From positions 320,001 to 384,000 of the forward strand of contig JAVJQW010000023.1 in the NCBI GenBank assembly GCA_040218735.1: a stretch of 64,000 bases of DNA, read 5' to 3'. The notes beneath the pieces were generated by a model. The model saw only the letters and a list, made by a program, of their open reading frames with translations. It was not told the DNA's origin and did not search any database. Source of the stretch: Deltaproteobacteria bacterium (GTDB lineage: Bacteria; Myxococcota; Kuafuiibacteriia; Kuafuiibacteriales; Kuafuiibacteriaceae). Below, piece by piece: positions 55,933-64,000 of the stretch (position 1 is the stretch's first letter; each line of letters begins with the position of its first letter). The position numbers and the translations under genes are program-made.

Positions 55933-56397
55933 GTGACGCTTGAAGCACTCGCACAACACCTCGAGACCGGCCCCGGCGCCGAGCCCTACCGGCTCCGGCC
56001 GGGCGGTGTGTCGGCGATCGTCGTCCTGCTCGAGGCGGATCCGAAGAACGTCAGCGAGATCGCGTTGAAGCTCGTGGTCGCGCTGGAGGAGTCGCTCGCG
56101 TCGCCGAACGCGGCGCAGCAGATCGTCACCGCACTTCGATCCTCGCCCGCGGCGCTCCGAGCGATCCGTGAGCGGTACGCGGGGAGCGATCGCTCGCAGG
56201 CGTTGGACGCGCTGCTCGACCAACGCAAGGCCGTGCGCGCGCCGATGCACGGAGTGGCGGCGCCCGACGGGGCGGTGAGCCTCCGCAGCTTCCTCGACGT
56301 CGGTCGCGAGCGACGCCCCGGCGTCAGCCGCGCGCGACCGACCGCGCCCGCGCCCGCCCCCCGCACCACTCGACGTCGAGCCTTCCGGCTCGCCTGA
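55933..56397 (+). CDS. hypothetical protein
   Basis: GTG start just downstream of the sigma54 box; 154 aa with basic tail. Confidence 0.55.
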   Translation: MTLEALAQHLETGPGAEPYRLRPGGVSAIVVLLEADPKNVSEIALKLVVALEESLASPNAAQQIVTALRSSPAALRAIRERYAGSDRSQALDALLDQRKAVRAPMHGVAAPDGAVSLRSFLDVGRERRPGVSRARPTAPAPAPRTTRRRAFRLA

Positions 56398-56433
56398 CCC
56401 GATCCAACCTTCGAACCAAGGAGTGAACCGAAG

Positions 56434-57246
56434 ATGGCTTTGCACACCGACCTAGACTTTCGAACGATCGACCGCATCCGCGCGGACAACATCGCCCTGA
56501 CGCCCGGCGTCGACCCCAAGCTCACGGAGGCCGTCGAGGCCGCCACCCCCGCGAAGACCAAGGGCGTGGTGGAACGTGAAGGGTTGACCGGCGGCTATGA
56601 CGCGGCCGCGAAGCCGGACGTCACCGTCGCGCCGGAGTACGCGCAGGCGAAGGCCGGCAGTCACGTGTTCATGCGCGGCCACCGTGGAGAAGGCGTGAAG
56701 CAGATGCAGGAGAAGCTCATCGCGCTCGGCTACCTCGACCCGAAGGCCGACCCGAAGCAGGCCGCCGATGGCATCTTCGGCTCGGCGACGGAAGCCGCCG
56801 TTCGCGCGTTCCAAAAGGACCAAGGCCTGAAGGTCGACGGCATGGCCGGACGCGACACGATCGGCAAGCTGGACTCCGTCGAACCGCCGAAGGCCGACGC
56901 CGCCCCGAAGGGCGACGATACCGCGCCGAGGCCCGACGCTGACGCCGGACCCAAGATCGACGACGCCGCGCCACGACCGGACACGGGGACCCCGCCCAAG
57001 GCGGACGACGCCGCGCCGGCCGGGCCGGTCGCGCCCGCAGCACCGCAACCGCTCGACGTCGCGCCCGCCGCGCCGGCGCCGCTCGACGAGGCCCCGCCCA
57101 AACCCGACGCGCCCGCAGAGCTGGGTCCGCTCCCCGAGGCACCGGCGCTCCCCGAGCTCCCGCCGCACCCCGCGCTCCCTTCGTGCGGAGCGGACGCCGC
57201 CGTCGGCGAGGGGGACTACGGCGGAACGTGGCGCGACTGCACCTGA
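56434..57246 (+). CDS. peptidoglycan-binding (PG_binding_1) protein with Pro/Ala/Asp-rich tail
   Basis: VKQMQEKLIALGY, ADGIFGSATEAAVRAFQ, LKVDGMAGRDT; SD AAGGAG. Confidence 0.85.
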   Translation: MALHTDLDFRTIDRIRADNIALTPGVDPKLTEAVEAATPAKTKGVVEREGLTGGYDAAAKPDVTVAPEYAQAKAGSHVFMRGHRGEGVKQMQEKLIALGYLDPKADPKQAADGIFGSATEAAVRAFQKDQGLKVDGMAGRDTIGKLDSVEPPKADAAPKGDDTAPRPDADAGPKIDDAAPRPDTGTPPKADDAAPAGPVAPAAPQPLDVAPAAPAPLDEAPPKPDAPAELGPLPEAPALPELPPHPALPSCGADAAVGEGDYGGTWRDCT

Positions 57247-57254
57247 GCCGAGGT

Positions 57255-57289
57255 TGCAGGGGATCGAATGATGACTTCGATCCCCTGCA
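57255..57289 (+). terminator. 14-bp stem hairpin downstream of the PG-binding gene
   Basis: TGCAGGGGATCGAA-N7-TTCGATCCCCTGCA; no U-tract. Confidence 0.5.
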
Positions 57290-57325
57290 CTCGACGCATG
57301 GCCGACGGTTCACCATCCTGAGGTC

Positions 57326-57949
57326 ATGAAGATCGCGATCATCGGCTCCGGCAACGTGGGGAGCGCGCTCGGCGCGAACCTCTCCGCCCACGACTACGAC
57401 GTCACCTTTGGGGTTCGCGAGGGAAGAAACGCAGACGAGGCCGTCGCCCGCAGCGAGGGGCGCGCCACGCAAGCGCCCATCGCGGACGCCGTGACGAACG
57501 CCGACGTCGTCTTCCTCGCGGTCCCCGCGGACGCCGCGGTCGATGCCGTTCGCGCGCTGGACCTCGCCGGCAAGATCGTCGTGGACTGCAACAACCCGCT
57601 GCGGTGGGACGGCGGCCCGGTGTGGAACCCACCCGCGGAGGGCTCCCTCGCCCAGGCGATCGCGGCGGTCACGGGCGCCCGCGTCGTCAAGGCGTTCAAC
57701 ACGTTCGGCGCGGAGCTGCACGCGAACCCGTCGCTCGCCGGGGGCGGCGTCGACCTCCCGATCGCGAGCGACGACGACGACGCCAAAGCGATCATCGCCG
57801 CGCTCGGCGAGCGCTGCGGATTCGCTCCGGTGGACGCGGGCCCGCTGCGCAACGCAGCCGTGCTCGAGAACGTCGCGATGCTGTGGATCCACCTCGCGAT
57901 GGTCGGCGGTCAGGGCCGGCAGTTCGGCTACCGACGCGTTGGGCGCTAG
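57326..57949 (+). CDS. NADPH-dependent F420 reductase family oxidoreductase
   Basis: IIGSGNVG, VDCNNP, VVKAFNT, DAGPL. Confidence 0.9.
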   Translation: MKIAIIGSGNVGSALGANLSAHDYDVTFGVREGRNADEAVARSEGRATQAPIADAVTNADVVFLAVPADAAVDAVRALDLAGKIVVDCNNPLRWDGGPVWNPPAEGSLAQAIAAVTGARVVKAFNTFGAELHANPSLAGGGVDLPIASDDDDAKAIIAALGERCGFAPVDAGPLRNAAVLENVAMLWIHLAMVGGQGRQFGYRRVGR

Positions 57950-58332
57950 CTCTTGTGAACGGAGAACGCGACGCGGTGGCCGTCGGTGGTGCGCACGAAG
58001 ATCTCGTCCGCGCCGTAGAACGTCGTGCGCCGCGGGACGATCTGCTCGAGGCCCTCGCTCGCGCGCTCGGCTTCGTCGAGTGAGTCGACGCGCGTGTAGA
58101 GCAGGACGTCGCCGACCCGAAGGTCGCGTGCGATCCCCTCGTGGTCGGCCTGACAGCTCGCGAGCGTCTGGAGCATCACGGTCGTCGACCCCTGCACGAG
58201 GATCACGAACCCGAGGCGACCCTCGTGTTCGACCTCGTCGACCTTCGTGAACCCGAGCTGGTCGACCCACAGCGGCAGCTGCGGCTCGATGGCTTCGACG
58301 ACGAGGACGGGCGTGAGCGCTTCGATCTTCAT
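57946..58332 (-). CDS. VOC/glyoxalase family protein
   Basis: LTPVLVV, LGF, TFYGADEIFVRTTDGH. Confidence 0.8.
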   Translation of the reverse strand: MKIEALTPVLVVEAIEPQLPLWVDQLGFTKVDEVEHEGRLGFVILVQGSTTVMLQTLASCQADHEGIARDLRVGDVLLYTRVDSLDEAERASEGLEQIVPRRTTFYGADEIFVRTTDGHRVAFSVHKS

Positions 58333-58412
58333 GGCGTCCAAATGCCCCGAAGCGACGCACCGAAGATAGAACATTTCCGACACGACGCGCCGGTTCGGTA
58401 GAATCGTCGGAC

Positions 58413-59120
58413 GTGTACGCCGAGCACGCCCCCGCGCCGCGGCTTCGTCCGTACGTGCGCTGCTACTGGACGCTGCGCGCCGACGCTCGTCCGTACTCGC
58501 GCGTGCTCCCCGACGGATGCATCGACGTCATCTTCGATCGACGACGCCCCGGCGCGCGCTTCGTCGGTACGATGACACGCCCGCTCTTGCTGGAGGTCGG
58601 CGGACCGGTCGACGTCGTCGGCGTTCGCTTCGAGCCGGGCGGCGCGGCGCCGTTCCTCCGGCTCCCCGCGCAGTCGATCACCGACGACGCCGTGGACGTC
58701 CGCGAGACGTGGCGCGCGGGGATCGACGTCGCGGATCGAATCGCGGATCTGGAGCCGCTCCGCGAGCTCGACGCAGCGCTCCTCGCTCGCCTCGGCGACG
58801 GCGAGATCGACGCGGCCGTCATCGCGTGTGTTCGACACATCGAAGCGGCGCGCGGCGACGTGAAGATCTCGGACCTCACGCGGATCGCCGGGTGCTCCGA
58901 GCGTCAGCTCGAGCGCCGGTTCGCGTCCCACGTCGGCGTAGGCCCCAAACGCTTCGCGCGCGTCGTCCGCTTCCGCGCCGTCCTCGACGCGGCACCGCAC
59001 GTCCCGCGCGGTGGCTGGGCGGACGTCGCGGCCTCGCTCGGCTTCGCGGACCAGTCGCACCTCCTCCGCGAGGTCCGAACGATCGGCGGCGCGAGCCTCC
59101 GCACGCTGCGACCGCGCTGA
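58413..59120 (+). CDS. AraC family transcriptional regulator
   Basis: LPDGCID, SERQLERRF, GFADQSHL. Confidence 0.9.
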   Translation: MYAEHAPAPRLRPYVRCYWTLRADARPYSRVLPDGCIDVIFDRRRPGARFVGTMTRPLLLEVGGPVDVVGVRFEPGGAAPFLRLPAQSITDDAVDVRETWRAGIDVADRIADLEPLRELDAALLARLGDGEIDAAVIACVRHIEAARGDVKISDLTRIAGCSERQLERRFASHVGVGPKRFARVVRFRAVLDAAPHVPRGGWADVAASLGFADQSHLLREVRTIGGASLRTLRPR

Positions 59121-59137
59121 TTCGTGGTACGGGATTC

Positions 59138-59572
59138 GTGACCGTGGCGGAGCTCGGGCAAGTCGTCGACACGAACCCCGACGGGCGCGCGGGTGAAGCC
59201 GCCATCACGGTCCCGCGCACCTGGTTCGAAGAGCGCGTCACCGTCGAGGTCACGCTCCCGATGCGCCTGCGCTGCCACGCCTGCGGCGGCGGAGGCTGCG
59301 ACGGCTGCCAACGCCGCGGCGCGTTCCGCCTCGACGAGGACGCCGCCCGCCGCCGCTTCGTCCTCCCCCTCCCGACGAAGGCGGGCACGCTGCGCCTCGC
59401 CGATCCCGTCGACGCCGGCGAGCCCGAGCTGATCCTGTTGACGGTGCGCGAGGGCGCCGCGGAGAACGTGCGGCGACTGACACCCGAGCGGAGTACACCT
59501 TCGCGCGTCGGGTGGTGGGTGCTCGCGGCCGCGGGCGCGCTCGGCGCGGTAGCCTACGCGCTCAACGGGTGA
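59138..59572 (+). CDS. small protein with DnaJ-type Zn-finger motif and C-terminal TM
   Basis: CHACGGGGCDGCQRRG; hydrophobic C-terminus. Confidence 0.6.
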   Translation: MTVAELGQVVDTNPDGRAGEAAITVPRTWFEERVTVEVTLPMRLRCHACGGGGCDGCQRRGAFRLDEDAARRRFVLPLPTKAGTLRLADPVDAGEPELILLTVREGAAENVRRLTPERSTPSRVGWWVLAAAGALGAVAYALNG

Positions 59573-61376
59573 CCTCACGCCGCTGCTCCGGCAGCAACCG
59601 CGACAGCTGCCACGCCTGGAACTGCAGCTGCCGCTCCGCGCTCACGAGGGCGCGGCGGAACCGGGAGACGATCAGCGTCGGCAGGAACACAACCGCGGTG
59701 TTGCCGAGGACGAGGGTCACGAACGTCGCGGCGGGCGGGAAGCTCGCGAGGTTGGGGAGGATGCGGATCGAGTCGCCCTCGAAGAGGTACGACGGCGGCA
59801 GTACACCGACGAACTGCAGGACCGCGGGCACGACGAACGCCGCCGAGGAGAACGCCGCAACCCAGATTGCACGCTGCCTCCTCCTCACGAGGAGGTACGC
59901 GATCGTGGTGATCGAAGCGATCGCCGGCACCAATACAAACGGGCCGAACACCGCGAGGAGCGCCGTCGACCACACGGTGCTCACGATGAACGTGATGTCG
60001 GTGGCGCGCGCTCCGTCCGTCGCGCGACGGGCCCAGAGCTCCGCGACGACCGCGAGGGCGTTGAGCGTCAACATCGCGACCAACAGCGGCACGCTCTGCA
60101 CGCCCATCCACACCACCAGTGGCATGAAGATGAACACCCCGAGGTGCGCGCCGACCAAACCCGGCACGACCTTGCCGGACGTGACCTGCCAGCGTTTGTC
60201 GACGATCTGCGCGACGTCGCGCGGCATGACCTTCGGCGGCGTACGAAGGATGCGGACGATCACCTCCATCGCCGATTCGTTCTCCGGATCGAGCGCGAGC
60301 GCGCGCCCGAGCTTCAGCATCGCTTCGTCGCGCGCCTGCTCTTCGCCGATCTCCTCCGCGCGATCGAAGATCGCCTCCGCCTCCGCGGCCTGCGCGACCG
60401 ACGCGGCGCGACGGCGCGTCAGATCCTCCTCACCCGCGAGGTGCCGCTCCACCTCCTCGTTCAACGCGCGGGCGCTCGGGTGGCGGCGGTCGGATTCGGG
60501 GTGCGTCGCGCGACGAACGATATCGAGGAGCGCAGGCGGTACCTCTGCGCCCGACGCACGCGCCGCCGCCTCGACGTCGACGCCGGACAGCGTCTTGTTC
60601 GCGCGCTCCGCTTCGTCACCGCCGAAGAGGCGCTCGTGCGTGAGGATCTCGAACAGGATCGCGCCGAGCGCGAACACGTCGGTGCGGCGGTCGACGGGAT
60701 CACCACGGAGCTGCTCCGGCGCGACGTAACCGAGGGTCCCGAGCACCTCCCCCGGCGACGTGAGATCCGGATCCGCCTTCCCCGCGAGGCGCTGCACGAT
60801 CGGCGTGTCGTCCGCCGCCTCCACCCGCGCGACGCCCCAGTCGAGGAGGTACACCTCACCGTAGTCACCGAGCATGATGTTCGCCGGCTTCACGTCGCGG
60901 TGGATGACGCCGTTCTCGTGCGCGAAGTCGAGCGCGAGGCAGATGCTGTTGAACGCGGTGAGCAACCGGTGCCGTGTGAAGTGCGGCTGCTCGGCGTCGA
61001 GGTGGCGCGTCGCCCCAGCGCGCTTCGCCTTCAACACCTCGGCGAGGGTCTGCCCGCGGACGCGCTTCATCGTGAAGCGCGGCACCGGCTCCAGCCACAG
61101 ATCGTAGACCGGCACGATCGCCGGGTGCTCGAGCTGCCCCTGCACACGCGCTTCGCGCACGAACCGCCGGTGGGCGTCCTCGCCCTTCGAGCCCTCGTGT
61201 TTTCGGAGGTACTTCAGCGCGACGACGCGCCCGAGGCGCTCGTCCTGCAGGGCGATCACCTCCCCCATCCCGCCGCGGCCGATGCGTTCGAGCTGCCGGT
61301 AGCGAGACTTGTCGATCGACGTCACGGGCTCGTCGTCGAACGGAGTTTCGGGCTGGGTCGCGTCACCGCTCGGCAT
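59562..61376 (-). CDS. Ser/Thr protein kinase with C-terminal multi-TM domain
   Basis: IGRGGMGEV, HRDVKPAN, DWG, GYVAPEQ, C-terminal TMs; ATG at 61376. Confidence 0.92.
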   Translation of the reverse strand: MPSGDATQPETPFDDEPVTSIDKSRYRQLERIGRGGMGEVIALQDERLGRVVALKYLRKHEGSKGEDAHRRFVREARVQGQLEHPAIVPVYDLWLEPVPRFTMKRVRGQTLAEVLKAKRAGATRHLDAEQPHFTRHRLLTAFNSICLALDFAHENGVIHRDVKPANIMLGDYGEVYLLDWGVARVEAADDTPIVQRLAGKADPDLTSPGEVLGTLGYVAPEQLRGDPVDRRTDVFALGAILFEILTHERLFGGDEAERANKTLSGVDVEAAARASGAEVPPALLDIVRRATHPESDRRHPSARALNEEVERHLAGEEDLTRRRAASVAQAAEAEAIFDRAEEIGEEQARDEAMLKLGRALALDPENESAMEVIVRILRTPPKVMPRDVAQIVDKRWQVTSGKVVPGLVGAHLGVFIFMPLVVWMGVQSVPLLVAMLTLNALAVVAELWARRATDGARATDITFIVSTVWSTALLAVFGPFVLVPAIASITTIAYLLVRRRQRAIWVAAFSSAAFVVPAVLQFVGVLPPSYLFEGDSIRILPNLASFPPAATFVTLVLGNTAVVFLPTLIVSRFRRALVSAERQLQFQAWQLSRLLPEQRREVTR

Positions 61377-61499
61377 CGGCCGAATCCTAGCGTGATCCAG
61401 CACATACGTGCGCGTGCGGGGTCGCGTGCGCGCACGTGCGCGCACGTGCTGTTCGTGTGGGATCCGCCCGCGCGCGCCCGGTCTCGGTGGGCGCGGTCG

Positions 61500-61514
61500 T
61501 GGCCCCGCTCTTGC
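61500..61514 (+). promoter_or_regulatory. sigma54 -24/-12 promoter
   Basis: TGGCCCC-GCTC-TTGC. Confidence 0.55.
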
Positions 61515-61528
61515 GTTGGCGCGGGGGC

Positions 61529-64000
61529 ATGGCCATCGACCCCGTCAGCCGAAACCGCCGTCGCTCGCTCGACTTCGTGAACGACGTCGTGCGCACCGCC
61601 GCCGCCCGCGTGCGATCCGGCGAAGAAGCCCCGAAGGCCGAGCCCGATGGCTGGGCCGAGCGCGCCGTTCAGGCGGTCGACCACGTGCTCGAGCAGATCG
61701 TCGTCGCCAAACCCGCGCCGCAGAAGGGCGCGACCGCGAGCGCCGGCGGGTCCGACAAAAACGTCGGCGTCTTCGCGAACACGGCGGAGGCCGACCCCGT
61801 CGCGACGGCGAACCAGGCGGCGATCGACGAGCTCCTCGCGCTGCCGGCACCCGAAGCCGACGGCCGCGGCACCGAATCGGTCGCGACTTTCCTCGACGCG
61901 ATGGCCGCGCGCGAAGCGGGCGAAGACCGCCCGGAAGGAACGCCGGACTACATCTGGAACACCACGCGCGCGCTGCAGAAGCAGGACATCACGCTCGCAG
62001 ACGTCGAGCACTACCTCGTGCACGGCACACTCCCCGACGCCGTCGATGAATCGGGCGCGGTGACGAAGACCGGCGCCGAACGATTCGCCAAGCTCGAGAA
62101 CGCAGCGACGCAGCGCGGGAGCTGGACCTCGGTCAACAGCCTCACGTTCCTCGTGCAGATGCGGCGCGCCTCCGTGAACACCCGCGCGGCGGCGCTCGCG
62201 ACCTACCGCGACACGCTCCCCGCCGACGACCCGATGCGCGCGGAGCTCGACGCGGCGATCGACGACGCCAAAGCGCTCACCAAGTCGCTGAAGGCCGGCC
62301 TCTCGACGATCTACACCGCGGCGACCTCGGCGCGAGAGACGAAGGCGGCGTCGCTCGTCGGCGAGGGCGAAGAGCTGTTGATGCAGGCGGCGGCGCTTCG
62401 CGACGAAGGCAAACACGCCGAGGCCGACCAGCTCGAAGCGGAGGCAAAGGCGCTCCTCGACTCCGGCGCGAGCATCGCGAGCTCGGAGGCGGCGTACCGC
62501 GCGCGCCAGTCGAGCGCGGGTTGGAACGCCGGCGATCTGTACGCGCTCGCGGCGCAGGCACAGACCGACCAAGGCGTCCTCGAGACCGAAGCGATGGTCC
62601 GATCCGGGACGCTCAGCGACGAGCCTTCCTCGTACTTCGGTGACGTCGCGGACGCGGGGAACGGCGTCGCCGGCGCGGCGTCGCTCATCGAGGCCGCGAA
62701 GGCCCACGACGCCGACGACGACCGCGTCCTCGCGCTCGAAGGCGACCTCGCGGGCGGGCTCGCGGTGTTCCACCAGGCGCACCTCGTCGATGGCGGCTAC
62801 CACGACCTCACGCTCGAAGAGCTCTCGTCGCCGAGCGGCGAGGCGCTGGTCGAGCATCGCTCCGCGTACCTCGAAGCGCGCGCGACGCAGCTCGACGTCA
62901 CCGAGAAGCGCCTGGACCTCATCCCCGAGGCGGCCGAGGTGTCGCCGGAGCTCGCGGCGAAGGCGGCGCAGATCGCGAAGGAGCGGCGCGTCATCCTGGA
63001 GGAGGTCACGCAAGATCTCGCGCGTGGAATCTCCGCGGATGAGGCGGCGAGCGACGCGAAGGCGCAGCTCCCGAAGATCGAGGAGGCGGTGTCCGAAGCG
63101 AAGTCCGCGGAGGACGACGCGTACGAGCGCGCGGGCATGTCGGGCGAGGATCGCGAGCGCATCGTCGACCAGACCGAAGCGTGGCTCGGCGACTGGGCGA
63201 AGACTTCGGGCGAAGAGACGCGCGACAAGGAGGCGCGTTCCGACGCGCGCTTGATCGAAGACTTCGACGAGGCGCAGGCCGAGTACGCGACGGCGCAGCG
63301 CCTCGGGCTGGAGCTCACGCAGAACGAGATGGAGACGCGCGCGGAGGAGCTCGAAGCGGCCGCGGGCCCGGCGCTCGCCGACGCAAACCTCGTCACCGCT
63401 GCGTTTGCGAGCGGGTCGACGAACGTCCGAGCGTACGAGGCGCTGCGCACCGAGGCGGACGACGCCGCGCTGGACGGCGAGGCGTACCTAGACCAGCTCG
63501 ACGCGACGATGCCCGAGGGCGGCCCGGAGCACCGCACGGCGGACCTGATGGTCGCCGGGCTGAGCCTGGACCTCGCGCGGTACTGGACGACGTCGACGGA
63601 CCTCGACAACGTCGTGACGGGGCACTCGTCCGAAGCGACGGAGCGCCTCGACAAGGCGGACGATCTGCTGGGGCGTGTCGACGAGACACGAACGTCACTG
63701 ATGGACGGCAACGCAGGACGGCTTGCGCTGGCGGTGGGCACCGTCGAGGTGCGGTCTTCGTTGGCGGAGGCAAACGCGGACTATCGAATCGGTGAGGCGG
63801 CGCGGCAGATCGATCTCGCGGAGGGCGTGCTCGGGGATCTCGACGGCGACTTGCTGGAGTCCGCGGAGGCGCGCGTCGGCGGCGCCGCGATCTCCGCGGT
63901 GATGCGGCACGAGGGACGCTTCGACGAGGTGCTCGCGGCCGGCGGCTACGAAGCGGGCGCGGCGGACGACCTGTTGGCGGCGGCGCGAAAGCACCTCGAC
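61529..64000 (+). CDS. large acidic alpha-helical protein (>824 aa), runs off window
   Basis: Manual translation (absent from the ORF track) MAIDPVSRNRRRSLDF...AADDLLAAARKHLD; open and GC3-biased at start, middle and end where checked. Confidence 0.75.
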   Translation, partial: MAIDPVSRNRRRSLDFVNDVVRTAAARVRSGEEAPKAEPDGWAERAVQAVDHVLEQIVVAKPAPQKGATASAGGSDKNVGVFANTAEADPVATANQAAIDELLALPAPEADGRGTESVATFLDAMAAREAGEDRPEGTPDYIWNTTRALQKQDITLADVEHYLVHGTLPDAVDESGAVTKTGAERFAKLENAATQRGSWTSVNSLTFLVQMRRASVNTRAAALATYRDTLPADDPMRAELDAAIDDAKALTKSLKAGLSTIYTAATSARETKAASLVGEGEELLMQAAALRDEGKHAEADQLEAEAKALLDSGASIASSEAAYRARQSSAGWNAGDLYALAAQAQTDQGVLETEAMVRSGTLSDEPSSYFGDVADAGNGVAGAASLIEAAKAHDADDDRVLALEGDLAGGLAVFHQAHLVDGGYHDLTLEELSSPSGEALVEHRSAYLEARATQLDVTEKRLDLIPEAAEVSPELAAKAAQIAKERRVILEEVTQDLARGISADEAASDAKAQLPKIEEAVSEAKSAEDDAYERAGMSGEDRERIVDQTEAWLGDWAKTSGEETRDKEARSDARLIEDFDEAQAEYATAQRLGLELTQNEMETRAEELEAAAGPALADANLVTAAFASGSTNVRAYEALRTEADDAALDGEAYLDQLDATMPEGGPEHRTADLMVAGLSLDLARYWTTSTDLDNVVTGHSSEATERLDKADDLLGRVDETRTSLMDGNAGRLALAVGTVEVRSSLAEANADYRIGEAARQIDLAEGVLGDLDGDLLESAEARVGGAAISAVMRHEGRFDEVLAAGGYEAGAADDLLAAARKHLD

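Overview
High-GC, densely coding bacterial window that looks myxobacterial/deltaproteobacterial (FHA- and GAF-type sigma54 activators, Hanks kinases, PEGA protein). All calls come from motif reading; no database searches were run. The standout is a compact type III secretion module at about 8.7-20.7 kb. It holds an SctV export gate, SctX/SctY-like pair, tandem GNAT, Bsp22/LcrV-like tip candidate, translocator candidates, an SycD/LcrH chaperone and a candidate S-HxxxE effector, but no other core sct genes. Four sigma54-like promoters serve it, and three intergenic gaps share a composite palindromic motif. A kinase/FHA-activator pair lies next to it. The rest includes lipid-modifying genes, glycosylation clusters (GT2, GT39, AsnB, FemAB-like, flippase), a desaturase-TetR pair with a perfect operator-like palindrome, a TsdA-like diheme-DM13 fusion, NifA-like activator with amtB, a lower-GC two-gene insert and a large ORF running off the right end. 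Many promoter-like boxes sit only a few bases from start codons, suggesting widespread leaderless mRNAs. No rRNA, tRNA, CRISPR array or transposase was seen.
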